A stretch of DNA of 64,000 nucleotides, taken from NCBI RefSeq assembly GCF_009914755.1, contig NC_060932.1, one strand, 5' to 3'. The notes below the pieces were generated by a model. That model saw only the letters and a program-made list of their open reading frames with translations. It was not told the origin of the DNA and did not search any database. Origin of the DNA: the human T2T-CHM13v2.0 reference genome, Homo sapiens. Positions 39,690 through 51,800 of this stretch are shown here, one piece after another; within the stretch, counting starts at the first letter, position 1; every line of letters begins with the position of its first letter. Both the position numbers and the translations under genes were made by a program.

Positions 39690-40015
39690 GCAACAAAGTC
39701 ACTTTCGCAAGGACCCCACCCTTGACACCTGATTGGGCTCCTCACCCCACCACGCCTCGGTGACGTCTGATCGCCCTGTCTGCCTTCATTAAGAATCCTG
39801 GTGGGTTGTTTAGCCAGACTCTCCCTCACCTTTGATGTCTCCTCTCAGAAGTTTTCCATCCACCCCCACCCTGCCCCTTGGCTACAGATTCCCACTTTTC
39901 CTTGTTGTATTTGGTCTTGAGCCCAGTCTCTCTGCCCCCGTGTAAAACCCCATTGTGGTGGTCCCTGCACCTAGGGTGATGTCCTGAATGAAGTCTTCCT
40001 CACGGTGGTCTGACA
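39690..40015 (+). mobile_element. ERV1 LTR fragment, MER31-like
   Basis: AAGAATCCTG..TTTAGCCAGA; CCTTGGCTACAGATTCCCAC; TTGAGCCCAGTCTCTC. Confidence 0.65.
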
Positions 40016-40798
40016 GGTGTCTTGACCACCGTAACACAATTATAGTCACAACCTCCCAGCTTCTCAAAGTCTCATCTGAGGGGTCTGCCAAGCATCCCAT
40101 TCTCAGCTTTAGTGAGGAACACAAGACCCTAAGGAATATTATCCAAAATAAGACAGTTGGCTCAGCAGGTCAAGGGGAAAACAACAGAGGCTTCATCCAA
40201 ACAGCTCTGAGGCCCTGAGCATGTGCTCTATGCTCTGGCGTCCTGGTGGCTCTGACACGGGCCCTTTTACCCTGATGCACTGTGACTTCTCCACTCATGC
40301 TGCACCCTCCATATGACTTTTCAGAACCACTCCAGAGACTCCAGAATGTCCACATCTCCAGGGCATGTGGGAGGTCTACGCCCTTCACACCCAGCAGCTG
40401 AAAGCGATGTGAGGGAACCAGAGGCCGGGCTATTTATAATTGGAGCAGTGCGCTTTGAAAAGCTGCCATCCCCAAAACACACCTTTCAGACACACTAACT
40501 TTAAAAGGAGTCACAATGTGTCAAAACTCTCTCTGCTACTATTTGACACCTACATTCTGATGAACTGCTGGAGTAGAAATAGTTAGATAACAAAAATAAC
40601 CAGTCTTCAGATTCTAATTCTCACAGCTGCACCTTCTTACGTGAAAGTAGGCTAGGCATTTTAAAGGGAATATGAACTTTATTCTAGATTCAAAGCTAGG
40701 CTACAAATTGCATCTGATAATTACCCTCAAGCTACCAATGTCCTCTAGGTGCTAAATAAAAAGTAGTAAACTTCTTATCAAGTTGATCTAAACCCTAC

Positions 40799-40864
40799 CT
40801 GTGAAAGCAGATCTTTAAAATGTAGTAACATGAAAAGCTTCCAGTTGCTGAGTGTGTTGTTTGC
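40799..40864 (-). pseudogene. 66-nt pseudo-exon
   Basis: GATTTTAG|GCAAAC ... TCACAG|GTAGGG. Reads QTTHSATGSFSCYYILKICFH, phase-compatible with the flanking exons. Confidence 0.6.
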
Positions 40865-41674
40865 CTAAAATCCAGGAAAATATTTTGTAATAACACCATA
40901 GATTGTACTCATTTAGCCAAGGAAACACTGGAGTCTCACAGACGCGGACACTCGGGCCTGCTGAGAAGCATGTCCTGCCCCGGGCAGGGTGGTTTGAGAC
41001 CCCTGGAGATTCAGGGATGGACAAGCGGTGGCTGTGGCTGGCGTGGACCATGGCAGTTGCTTGCCATGTAGAAGACCTGCCACAGAGAGAGGAATTCATG
41101 TTCGGTTTGGCCTTTGAGGATAAAATTCAGACCCAGCAGACAGGGCTTCAGGGAATAAAGGTAGCTCACATGGCTCCTGGGACAGAGACTTCTCCCCAGG
41201 GCCTCAGCCACCAAGGACTGCCTGTGAGACGGGGAGCACCCCTCCAGGGTCAGCCGTGAGGGTCAGCAGGTGCCTGAACACCCTCGGAATAAAGAGGACT
41301 TGAAGAGTTCCCTGTCACTTTAAAAAAATGGATTCTCGCTCTCTCTCTCTTAATAGATCTGAATCTGGAGCAGTAATTTCCAAAGACAACAAGGGAGGCA
41401 CAGCCTTGGAGCTGGAAATGTGGCCTCCTCCCCCGGCTCCATGCCAGCTGCAGGACATCATTTAGCTTTTGATTCCAAATGGTACTGAAAGACCATACGG
41501 GACCTCAACGTTATAAAAAACTGAGTTGGGCTAAAACACAACAATCTAGATGCTAAAGTTTTGTGATTTTGAATTTGGATGCCGGGCGGTGATCAGGAAC
41601 CACCAAAGGAAAGGTTGGTTTTCCTCTGGATGTGATCTGCCGCTAAGCTAAACGTCTGCCTTCTGAATACTTAC

Positions 41675-41943
41675 TAAACATGTGGCCAAATACACATTAT
41701 TTCATAATCTTCAACAAGATTAGTTCCTGAATTCTTCCCTGAGACAGACTTTGATACCGAATTAATGTCCAAATTTTCTAGATTAGTTTTGAATAGGCTT
41801 GAATTATACATACTCAAGAAATTGTTCTTATGTTTCATGTTTACATGTTTGAGTCTTAAAAACTGACTTAGTGGAAAAGTAGTTAGTGTCTCACCATAAA
41901 ACAGCTTGATAGATACTTTTAAAAACAATTCACATTTAGTCAT
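41675..41943 (-). pseudogene. HELB-like pseudo-exon segment with degenerate Walker A and motif Ia
   Basis: Open 89-aa frame ending at donor TTTA|GTAAGT. Contains LENLDINSVSKSVSGKNSG and EIMCIWP. Confidence 0.65.
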
Positions 41944-42459
41944 TTTCTATAACTTTCCATAAAATGGCCAACAAAATGATAAAAATTTTATAAGCAATAA
42001 AAGTCTTAAAATAGGGCAATAAAGTGCTAAATTCCCTTAAATAAAACTGTCAAAACCATGAGGCAAGTCATTAAGTTAAAATTAGATGCAGGACAATTTT
42101 TTTAATTTAAAGAATAGGAAAGTTAAGAAAGTAATTAAAACAGTACAAATGAAGAAAAGCCATTGAATTATTCAATAAATATAAAGCCACAGTAAATAAA
42201 AAATTTAAATAGTAAATTTAAATAGAGTAAATGTATCCACAAAAAAATGTTAAAATGAGGTTATATTTGTGTGAGGCTCTGAAACTGTGAAGTGTAAATA
42301 TTCTTCATTGACTTGGACTCGTGACTTTTTGAGTTGAAAACTTAACTAAAACGCTCATTTACTTCACGGGTTTTCAGTGGTACCACAGAGAAGAGGGGGG
42401 CTCTGAAGCCTGCAGCTTAATTCCAATTTCTGTCAAGACATCTGTTTACCTCCTGGGGA

Positions 42460-43541
42460 TATCGGGGGAACCAGCCCCCAATATTTCAACATAGGTTCTT
42501 TTCTATTTTCCCTAAGCATCGGCCAGTCTGAGAAATAAAGGGAAAGAGTACAAAAGAGAGAAATTTTAAAGCTGGGTGTCCGGGGGAGACATCACATGTC
42601 AGCAGGTTCCGTGATGCCCCCTGAGCCCCAAAACCAGCAAGTTTTTATTAGCGATTTTCAAAGGGGAGGGAGTGTACAAATACGGTATGGGTCACAGAGA
42701 TCACATGCTTCACGGGCAATAAAATATCACAAGGCAAATGAGCAGGGCAAGGTCACAAGGCCAGGGCGAAACTAGAATTGCTGATGAAGTTTCATGTTCC
42801 ACTGTGCATACATTGTCATTGATAACAGGGTTCAAGAGCAGAGAACCGGTCTGACTAGAATTCACCAGGCTGGAATCTCCTAATCCTAGCAAGCCTGGGG
42901 GCGCTGCAGGAGACCAGGGCGTGTTTCATCCCTATCTACAACTGCATAAGGCAGACACCCCCAGAGCGGCCGTTTTAGAGATCCCCCTCCGTCCCCCCAG
43001 GAATGCATTCTTTTCCCAGGGCTCTTAATTATTAATATTCCTTACTGGGGAAATAATTCAGCGATATTGCTCTTACCCGTTTTCGGCAATAAGAGAAATA
43101 CGGCTGTGTCCTGCCCGGCTCCCAGGCAGTCAGACCTAATGGTAATCTCCCTTGTTCCCTGAACATCGCTGTTATCCTGTTCTTTTGTCAAGATGCCCAG
43201 ATTTCATATTGTTCAAACACACATGCTCTACGAACAATTTGTGCAGTTAACGCAACCATCACAAGGTCCTGAGGCAACATACATTCTCAGTTTAAGAAGA
43301 TGATGGGATTAAGAGATTAAAGACATGCATAGGAAATTATAAGAGTATTGATTGGGGAAGTGATACATGTCCATGAAATCTTCACAATTTATGTTCAGAG
43401 ATTGCAATAAAGACAGGCATAAGAAATTATAAAAGTATTAATTTGGAGAACTAACAAATGTCCATGAAATCTTCACAATTTATGTTCTCTGTCACGCCTT
43501 CAGCCGGTCCCTCCGTTCGGGGTCCCTGACTTCCTGCAATA
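42460..43541 (-). mobile_element. Solo MER11 LTR (HERV-K HML-8 group), about 1.08 kb
   Basis: Minus strand starts TATTGCAGGAAGTCAGGGACCCC and ends GGGGCTGGTTCCCCCGATA; internal CATGAAATCTTCACAATTTATGTTC repeats; GGGG-containing near-TSD. Confidence 0.9.
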
Positions 43542-44057
43542 GGGGCATATTTTAGCATCTTTTTCCGAGGCCTTGTCTGGCATTTCAAGAGTCTTTCTTC
43601 ATTATTACGGTAGGGACTTTCAGCCATCTTTCTATTCCTGAGAGTCTCTTCAGCTTTGGGCAATTCATGTATTATTTTTTCAATAACTGACTGGGCACAG
43701 TGGCTCAGGCCTGTAATTCCAGCAATTTGGGAGGCCAAGGCAAGCAGATCACTTGACCCCAGCGGTTCGAGACCAGCCTGGCCAACATGGTGAAACCCCG
43801 TCTCTACTAAAAAATACCAAAAAAAAAAAAAAAAAATAGCTTGGTGTAGTGGTGCGCACCTGTGGTCCCAGCTTCTCGGGAGGCTGAGGCAGGAGGGCGG
43901 CTTAAACCCAGAAGGCAGAGGGTACCGTGAGATTGCGCCACTGCACTCCAGCTGGGATGACAGAGCGAGACTCCATCTCAAAATCATCATCATCATCATC
44001 ATCTTCTACCTTTTTTTCTCAGATACTCTTTAACTTCAATTAAACAAATATTAATAT
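43542..44057 (-). pseudogene. HELB-like pseudo-exon segment (N-terminal region), split by an Alu
   Basis: Acceptor TTTTACTAG|ATATT. Reads INICLIEVKEYLRKKG / [Alu] / VIEKIIHELPKAEETLRNRKMAESPYRNNEERLLKCQTRPRKKMLKYAP up to the MER11 LTR. Confidence 0.6.
43689..43983 (+). mobile_element. Old Alu (AluJ-like) followed by (ATC)n
   Basis: GATCACTTGACCCCAG and TGTGGTCCCAGC...GGAGGGCGGCTT J-type features; high divergence. Confidence 0.8.
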
Positions 44058-45299
44058 CTAGTAAAATATTCATAACTCACTCTATTTTTGTAACACATTC
44101 ACTTCAAGCTAAAAGCAGTGTAAGGATACACCACTATCTAGACATTTCTCTAATCCAAATTGCTTAGGAATATGTGCCAACAATAGCTTGGAAATCGAGT
44201 AACTATGTTTTACGAAAATAAATGGCAATAAGAACAAATACATTCTTTTCTTTTGTTTCTTCCTAGGCAAGCTAAAAACAAAAACAAAAACAAAAACAAA
44301 AACCATGTAGATCCCACAGGTGAGTTATTTCAAAGTTCATGCCTGACACCCGGCACCCACAGTCTTTAATCAAACAGCCAATGCTATTCTCATTGGCTTC
44401 ATTAAGTCCGGGAAGAATCCAGGAGATGCCAAAGATACAAAAAACATGACCATACACAGTGCCAACCTTTTAGAAACCATCACAGCCTTTTCTGATGGCC
44501 CAGGATGCATGAGACCTCCAAGTCCAGGCTCTCATCCCACTTGTGGGTAGGTAAAGGCAGCTGAGCAACAGGTCTCTCGCAGGACACTCAGAGAGAGAGA
44601 GAGAGAGCGCGCACAGCAGGGCGCCCCTCCCCTCCTCTAGGACCAGGCGAGCTTGGACACAGCTGAATGTGTGAACTCTCATATCAATAAATCAGCGTGA
44701 CAAGAATGAAACACTGCTAGCTCTGACTCTGTCAGGCCCTTGAGAGGGTGAGATGCGAGGAATGCGGAGCGGGGGGGCAGCCCCATCACCCACCCACGAG
44801 CCACTCTGGAAAGGCTAAGAGAAGTCACGCTAGGACTCCTTCAGGAAAGGCAAAAGGCAGAGAGAGCCACGATTCTGTCAAAACAGAGCATGTAGGGATG
44901 TTTAACTCAAACGGAATCCACATTATAACTGTGCATTTACTGCATGCTTCCAGAAGCCGTGAAGTTAGTAACTATTTCAACTGGTGCTTGCTGCTAGAAT
45001 CACCATCACAACAGCTCTCCACAGAAATGACTTATGTTCATGACTCTGTAGCTGGATCTGAGCACAGAATCTGAGTCAATGCCTCACACCGCTTGTGATT
45101 AGGAACCGGGGAAACACTAACACTTGCCTTACGGGCTGTTTTTATACATAATCATTCAACGCAGTTCACCAAATATTGACTTAAGACTTAATTCCACCAG
45201 GCGCCAGGATAAGGCTCCTCGGGGAATAAAAAGCCGGCAACGCTCACGTTTGCACAAGCTTTGCAATAAGCCCAGACGGTCTGGCACAACAAACGCTAA

Positions 45300-46450
45300 G
45301 CGTGTGGGTCCAGACTGTCACCCCATGGGCAGAGAAGGGGCCCGCTAACACCACGCGCTGAGGGGGCGCAGGGGAGAGGCGGGAACCCGTGGAGGGAGGC
45401 AGCGGCGCAGGGAGCAGGACTGGAGGGAGGCGGGTCCCTGTGGAGCGCAGCAGGAGGAAGGCAGCGCGCGGGGAGCGCCCGGGCGGCCCAGGCGAGGCAG
45501 GACGCAGCGCTGACCGGACCCAGGGCTGAAGTCGGCAGAACTGCGGCCAGTGCCCGCCGCGCCCGGGGGAGCGCGCCAGGCCCGCGGGGCCCTAGCCGAG
45601 GCCGTAGTAGGTGGAATACGGGGCAGCCACGGAGGAATCGGGGGCGAGGCGCGGAGAGGCCCCGGATGCAGCGGTCCCGCCCCGAGAACGGAGCGCGCGG
45701 AACCGGCGCAGGCCTCCGAGGCTTCCAGCCGAGACGGCACCCAGGTTTCCCGAGCAGGGTCTGAGGCTCCAAGGACATCCCGGCGGCGAGAAGGCGCCGA
45801 GAGACCTGCCCGGGTCCCGAGCCCCGACCGCAGCCCCAGCTCCCGCCGAGGCCCTGGAAAGGCGGGGGAGACGCGCGGCGGCGCGCGGTCAAATTCCTCA
45901 GGCACCCAATGCAGTTCCCGGCTGCAAAAACACGGGAGACAGGAGAGGAGGGAGGGTCTGCAACCCAGGCGGGGCAAGTGCGCCCTCAAGGCCGTGGCGA
46001 GCCGGGGCGCAGGACACGGCAAGGCCCCTGAGCCGCCCACGCAGGTTTCCCGACGTTCTCGCAGAACAGGTAAAGCGGCACCCCGCCCCCAGTTCCGCCC
46101 GTCCCCGCCCCGCCCCGGCCCTTCCTCCGCCCCGCCCCGGCCCCTCCCCCGCCCCGCCCCGGCCCCGCCCCGCCCCGGCCCTTCCGCCGCCCCGCCCCGG
46201 CCCCTCCCCCGCCCCGCCCCGGCCCCTCCGCCGCCCCGCCCCGCTCCGGGCCACCCCACCTCGGCGCCATCCCGCTCTACGCTTAGCCCCACCTCGGCCC
46301 CGCCCCCCGGTCCCTCCGCAGGCTCCGGAGGCGCCCAGGCTCCGCTTCCCTCCGGGCTTCCTTAGCGCCGCGCCCATTCTGTAGGCCAGGCTCACAAAGG
46401 AGCCTCCCCAGCTAGGGTCAGCTCCTACAACGCCACGCCCCTCCTGGCGC
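45300..46450. promoter_or_regulatory. Intragenic CpG island with clustered GC boxes; candidate promoter of the nested gene
   Basis: Very high GC and CpG density, tandem CCCCGCCC (Sp/KLF) boxes at 46081-46305, and GGCGGGAA (E2F-type) at 45378-45385. Confidence 0.85.
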
Positions 46451-47027
46451 TCTTCCCTTTCTTAGGCCTGAGCACACCGCCCAACACAAGCGTTTAAAAA
46501 GCATTTGATTCAGTGAATTACTTGGTAAACCCTGATTACTCAGTGTACTTGCAAAAAGGAAAAGATGTAGCTCAGAAAACAAGCCATTTTAAGAATCTAA
46601 GAAGAATGAGTTAAGCAGCAGAGAAGTGGGGAAAGGTAGTAACTACCACAAACTGGAGGTCAAAGGAAACAACTGCTACTGAATAAAAACAATGAAAAGC
46701 TGAAATCTGAGCTTCCTGGTGGCAAAAGCAAAAAGGGTATCGATGGGAAATCTCTCTCTTATCCAACAAGAAGTACACGAGTTCATAAGAACAAAATATT
46801 TTTCTAGAGCTGAACTCTAAAGGGAATACCTTTCACCAGGAGTTTTACATAACTGCTAGTGACTGCACAATGAATAAGGAACAAGATTTTAAATGACAGT
46901 TTTACAAAAACAAGGAAAAAAGGCCAACACTCTCCAGGTCTTTTGATTAATCTGCAATAAAAGATGAATATGAAAAGTGAAACTCCAAGATGATATTTTC
47001 CCAGAGAGGTACACTCATATAAACTAG

Positions 47028-47346
<319 letters not shown>

Positions 47347-50300
47347 TCACCTATGATCTTGACTTGATGTAAGGTAAGCATTTCCAAAACCTAACGGACT
47401 GATCAATTCCTGTGTTCCCTGAACGAGGCTTTCAGATGCTGGCGGTGCCCCCACACCCCTTGTCTCCTCCTGGAGGTGTCTGGCAGGAGCAGGAAGGTGC
47501 ACCACCATGCAAGCTGCCAGCACTGTGTGCCACTGGAAAACCCAGGGAAGAGGCATGTTGGGGGCACTGCGGACATTTTCTTCTAAAAATTACATGGCTG
47601 GACTTGTTTCCGGCACAGTGGCATAGGGACACACTGTCGTGCTGCTGGGAAGGTGCCCAGCGTCCCCACAGTGGTCAGCTGGGTCCAGAGTCCTGTAATG
47701 CGGTCTACACAGGAGAAGACGGACGTAAGCGATATTTTGAGCACAACGTGCTTATCCCAGCTGCCCAGAGGAATGTCCACATCACTGTAATAGACTCTGT
47801 AAATTCATGTAGGGCAGTGTTCCTACGACGCGCCAGGACCGTGAGCAGAAGAGCGTCCTGCCAGATAAGTGAGTTCGCCTGCTAAATGTGGCTGTGTAGC
47901 ATTTTCCATGGAGACTCTGCCAAAAAGGACAACTTTCTTCTGGCACAATCTATAGTGGGTTGTTCTGTCACTAACAGGCCAGAGGTTTACTGGCTTCTGG
48001 AGAGCAAGACGCAACCCCACGTCAACAAGAGGAGGAGTACGTGCATGTTTCTGTCTAGAGCCAAGACCCATTAACCCAGGTGGCAGAGGTCCCAGAACCA
48101 CATCCAACACAATGCCATTCAAGACTTCCCACAGCCCGTCTCCTTCCACCTGTTCCTGACAAGCTGTGAGCCCAAAAGCACCCACAGTCTGTGCTTGTCA
48201 CATTCAGAGATTACCCAAAGAACACAGACAAGACAGACTGAGACAAACTGCTGGTACTTAGGTCTTCCTGTCCTGGCTTTTGGGCACAGGTCTGCCTGTC
48301 TTCATAAAAAATACACACAGGCCCTAATTGATATGGTCAGTGAGCACTAAATCTCCATTTATCACAAGGCAGTAGCCAGGTACCCAGGACAAGACAAAGG
48401 GCAGGCCCTCAGCCTGTTGGAACCGGGACCGGCAGACCCAAGGGCGCAGCAAGTGCCACTGCGGGGGCCTAGATGGCCTCCGGGAGGGTGGAAACCAAGT
48501 CTCAGAGGCCGGGCAGCCAGGAGGGGCCAGACTGAGGGCTAAGCACCAGGTATGCCACCCCTGCCTGGGCGACAAGGCCCTGGGCGGCCGATCCAAGTTG
48601 CTGTGGGGATGCCCCGGCGCAGAGCAGGGCTGCGCAAGGTCCTGAGTGTGAATGCCCAGGGGGCCTGGTGCCAGGCACAGCAAAGGCAAAAACAAACAGC
48701 ACTTTCCTCTGCAGCTTCCTGGGAGTTGACGTGTGGGCCCCACGTGTTCAAAATGAAAGCCAGTGACCTGAGTGCTTCCAAGAGAGACCACGACAACAAC
48801 GTTGGCCGTTATTTTTCCAGCTCCAGTTCTCACCTCTGTGCTTAAAACTGCAACCAAAAAAGCTCAAAGGCTCTTCCTTCTTGTGTGCCGTGTTCCCACA
48901 CTGACCTTGGAGGGTCAGAGAGAGAGGGGTCCCATCCTTGCTTCTCCTGGCCTCTGGCTCCTGAGGGCCCTGGAGGCTCCATCGGCTCTGCAGCTGCAAG
49001 GCTGTGCTTGGGGCTTGCTCTGGGCATTTTCTCTTTCATTTTGAAGAACAAAGGTAGGAAACACAATTAGAGGGTGGGCTTTGCTGTCTTTTTCCCAACT
49101 TTACCATTTCAAGTCACTGGCACCAGGCGATCCTGACAGCCTGCCTGGAGAAGGTGGCAAGGGGGCCCGGGCAACAGGAAAGGAGTGACTCCTCAAGGGC
49201 TCCTGGACACGTGTCCTCAAGAAGCAGCTTGTGAAGAGAAATGCCTGTCTATGTGGTGCAAGTATCTTTCCACTTCCTGTAAGAACACTGCTGTAGCTCA
49301 GTCCTGACACAGCCTGTGGGGGAAGCAGTGTTGGCTCATGGCCAAGCGAGCCTTCTACCCTGGGGTCCAGCACAGGCCTGTCCTGGGAACATGAGCAGCA
49401 TGGACAACGCGGTACAACGGGGCGAGAGCGCCAACCGCGGACAACAGGAAGGGCGTGAGTGAGGGCCAACGCACTTCCTTCTTGGACAGATTAAGTACGC
49501 AATGAAGCATATTCACCCAGAGGAATTTATCTTCATAAGAACACACATTTTCTAGTTAAATAATCTATCTATCTAATAATTGTGTTTCAAAGATTTTCAA
49601 CAGGGCTTGAAAGGATGAATCCATTATTCCTTAGTTATCTCATTTTTGTTTTTATGGTTTCTGATCCTTTAATTTAGGAAGCCAGAAAGACAAAAGCAGT
49701 CAAAAACCACATTTTGTTGATATTCAAATTAATTAATGTTTATAATATAGAGTTTCTTAGTTTATATTGTTACAAATCATCTAGGTACAACTTTTATTTG
49801 AAAACTCTAAATTCCTCTTGTGCACCTTAAAAAAGATCAACGTGAAGTGAAAAACAACTATTTCCCTTTTAAGGTAAAAAGTATATGGGCAACTTCAGCT
49901 TTTCCATGCTCAACAGTCAACCGTATTAAGAGAATATTGTATATTCTTTCATTCGTACGACATGCAACAACAATAGGAATTATAATAATTTTTTCCAAAA
50001 GAGATTCGAAATAAGGTATTTCCTTGATTACAAATTTGATGTACAATGTCAGAAATTCTGAAAAACTTGGAAAATCAAGAAAATAATATTTTGCTAAACC
50101 AAGACAAGTACTGTTAACAATTATTTAATGGTATTTAATATGTATTTAGTTCCAGGGTACTCCTAAAGCATTAACAAACATGGGCTATAGTCATATTCCC
50201 ACTTTCAATCTCCTCCATATGAAGTCTTTTTTCCTGTCATTACAAGTTTTTTAAGCATCACTTTTCACGGCTATAAAATACAAAGGTACACCATGTGGTT

Positions 50301-50434
50301 CATTATACAGTGTGACAACATGCTCACCCACCCCCCAAGTATGAATTTAGATAAAGGTATTACAATACCAGAAAATTGGGAAATACGAGCTTATCTGCAA
50401 AGATGTCTACCTTTCCTCCCACCCAGCATTTTAC

Positions 50435-50569
50435 CTTCTGTGTCATCCCCGCTGGAGGCGTTCTCGGGGCTCCCACAGCTGCTGGGCTCCGGCCAACAGG
50501 GGACGTAGCCCTCAGGAGGCCCGCTGGCAGTGTAGAGCCGTCGGGCAGTCGGGGTCTCAGAGCCAGTGT
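50435..50569 (-). CDS. ERICH1: ERICH1 coding exon (exon 3 of canonical transcript), 135 nt, phase 1/1
   Basis: Acceptor TGTTGCAG|ACACT, donor ACAGAAG|GTAAAA. Encodes (D)TGSETPTARRLYTASGPPEGYVPCWPEPSSCGSPENASSGDDTE, which I recognise as ERICH1, and joins the next exon in frame. Confidence 0.95.
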
Positions 50570-50999
50570 CTGCAACACAGGAGGAAAATAACAGGAACTG
50601 GTAAATATCACAAAATGCAGTCATTTATTTGCCTTGATTACATCGGCATTGTTTCTCTAAATTCATTCAAGACATGAAATCAAAGAGCTCAATAAAACCT
50701 AACCACTGTCATAAATACTGATTTTAGTATGTCAAGTATTGTGCCAGAAAAGCAGGTCAGCTACACACCCAGCCAAGAAAAAGGAACTGCCCATGATTGT
50801 TTGAATTCACATGAAATTACTTATTATGCAAACTTCTGGGTTTTTGTAACACAATACAAAAACATAACTAATTCATGAGTATAAAGCAGCAAAATATAAA
50901 CAGTTTGCACGACACACCCTTTATCATCACACGAGGAGTCCCTGGGGATTTCACTGCACAGACTTCTGGGTCTTTTTCTCCACACGTGCTAACAACATG

Positions 51000-51230
51000 T
51001 GTACACTGTGGCTGTGTGCACACACAGCCACACACACAACAGACACACATGCAGACACACAAACATCCACAAAACACACAGAGACACACACAGATACAAA
51101 CAGACACAGAGACACCATGCACAGCCACAGACCACACACACAGGGACAACAAACACACACAGACACAGACATGTACAGAGACACACAGAGAGATACACAA
51201 ATACACAAGCACACACAGACACACATACAT
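51000..51230. repeat. Degenerate (CA)-rich low-complexity tract
   Basis: CACACAGACACACAGAGACAC... Confidence 0.9.
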
Positions 51231-51439
51231 CTTCAGGAGATCGTGTCACATACTTTATTATTATACACATATAAGTTATACATTTGTATCTTACATGTAA
51301 AATATAATTGAGTGAATACAGTGTGTTAAAATGACATATTGTAACTTAAATCTGCATACTTTTAATGGCTACATCATATCCCATGCGATGGAATTATAAC
51401 CAGGACTTAACCACTTTCCTCAATGGCCATGTGGAGCTG

Positions 51440-51800
51440 ACCAGAGGTTGTCGCCACTGCAGACAGCTGCTGGAACCTCCCCGCTGTGTGCTCCTCTACC
51501 AGAGGTTACCACCGTGGACAGCTGCTGGGACCTCCCTGCTGTGTGCCCCTCTGCATACGGAACCTCCCCTGCTGTGTGCCCCTCTACCAGAGGTCACCAC
51601 CACCGTGGACGGTGGCTGGAACCTCCCTGCTGTGTGCCCCTCTACCAGAGGTCATCACCACCGTGGACGGCAGCTGGAACCTCCCTGCTGTGTGCCCCTC
51701 TGCGCACGGGACCTCCCCTGCTGTGTGCCCCTCTACCAGAGGTCATCACCACCGTGGATGGCTGCTGGGACGTCCCCTGCTGCATGCCCCTCTGCGCACG
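51440..51800. repeat. Composite minisatellite
   Basis: GGAACCTCCCTGCTGTGTGCCCCTCTACCAGAGGTCATCACCACCGTGGAC modules. Confidence 0.85.

Noticed and set aside
39228-41780. PWWP, HIRAN or kinase interpretations of the fossil peptides
   Set aside because: Each explains only one short motif, whereas the HELB/RecD2 model explains about 12 segments in order.
44058-44129. U12-type donor GTATCCTT in the fossil gene
   Set aside because: No U12 branch site (TCCTTAAC) near the acceptor, and an adjacent GT gives a better reading frame.
45296-46395. Long Pro/Arg/Gly ORFs on both strands
   Set aside because: Expected from stop-codon scarcity in a CpG island; no domain signal.
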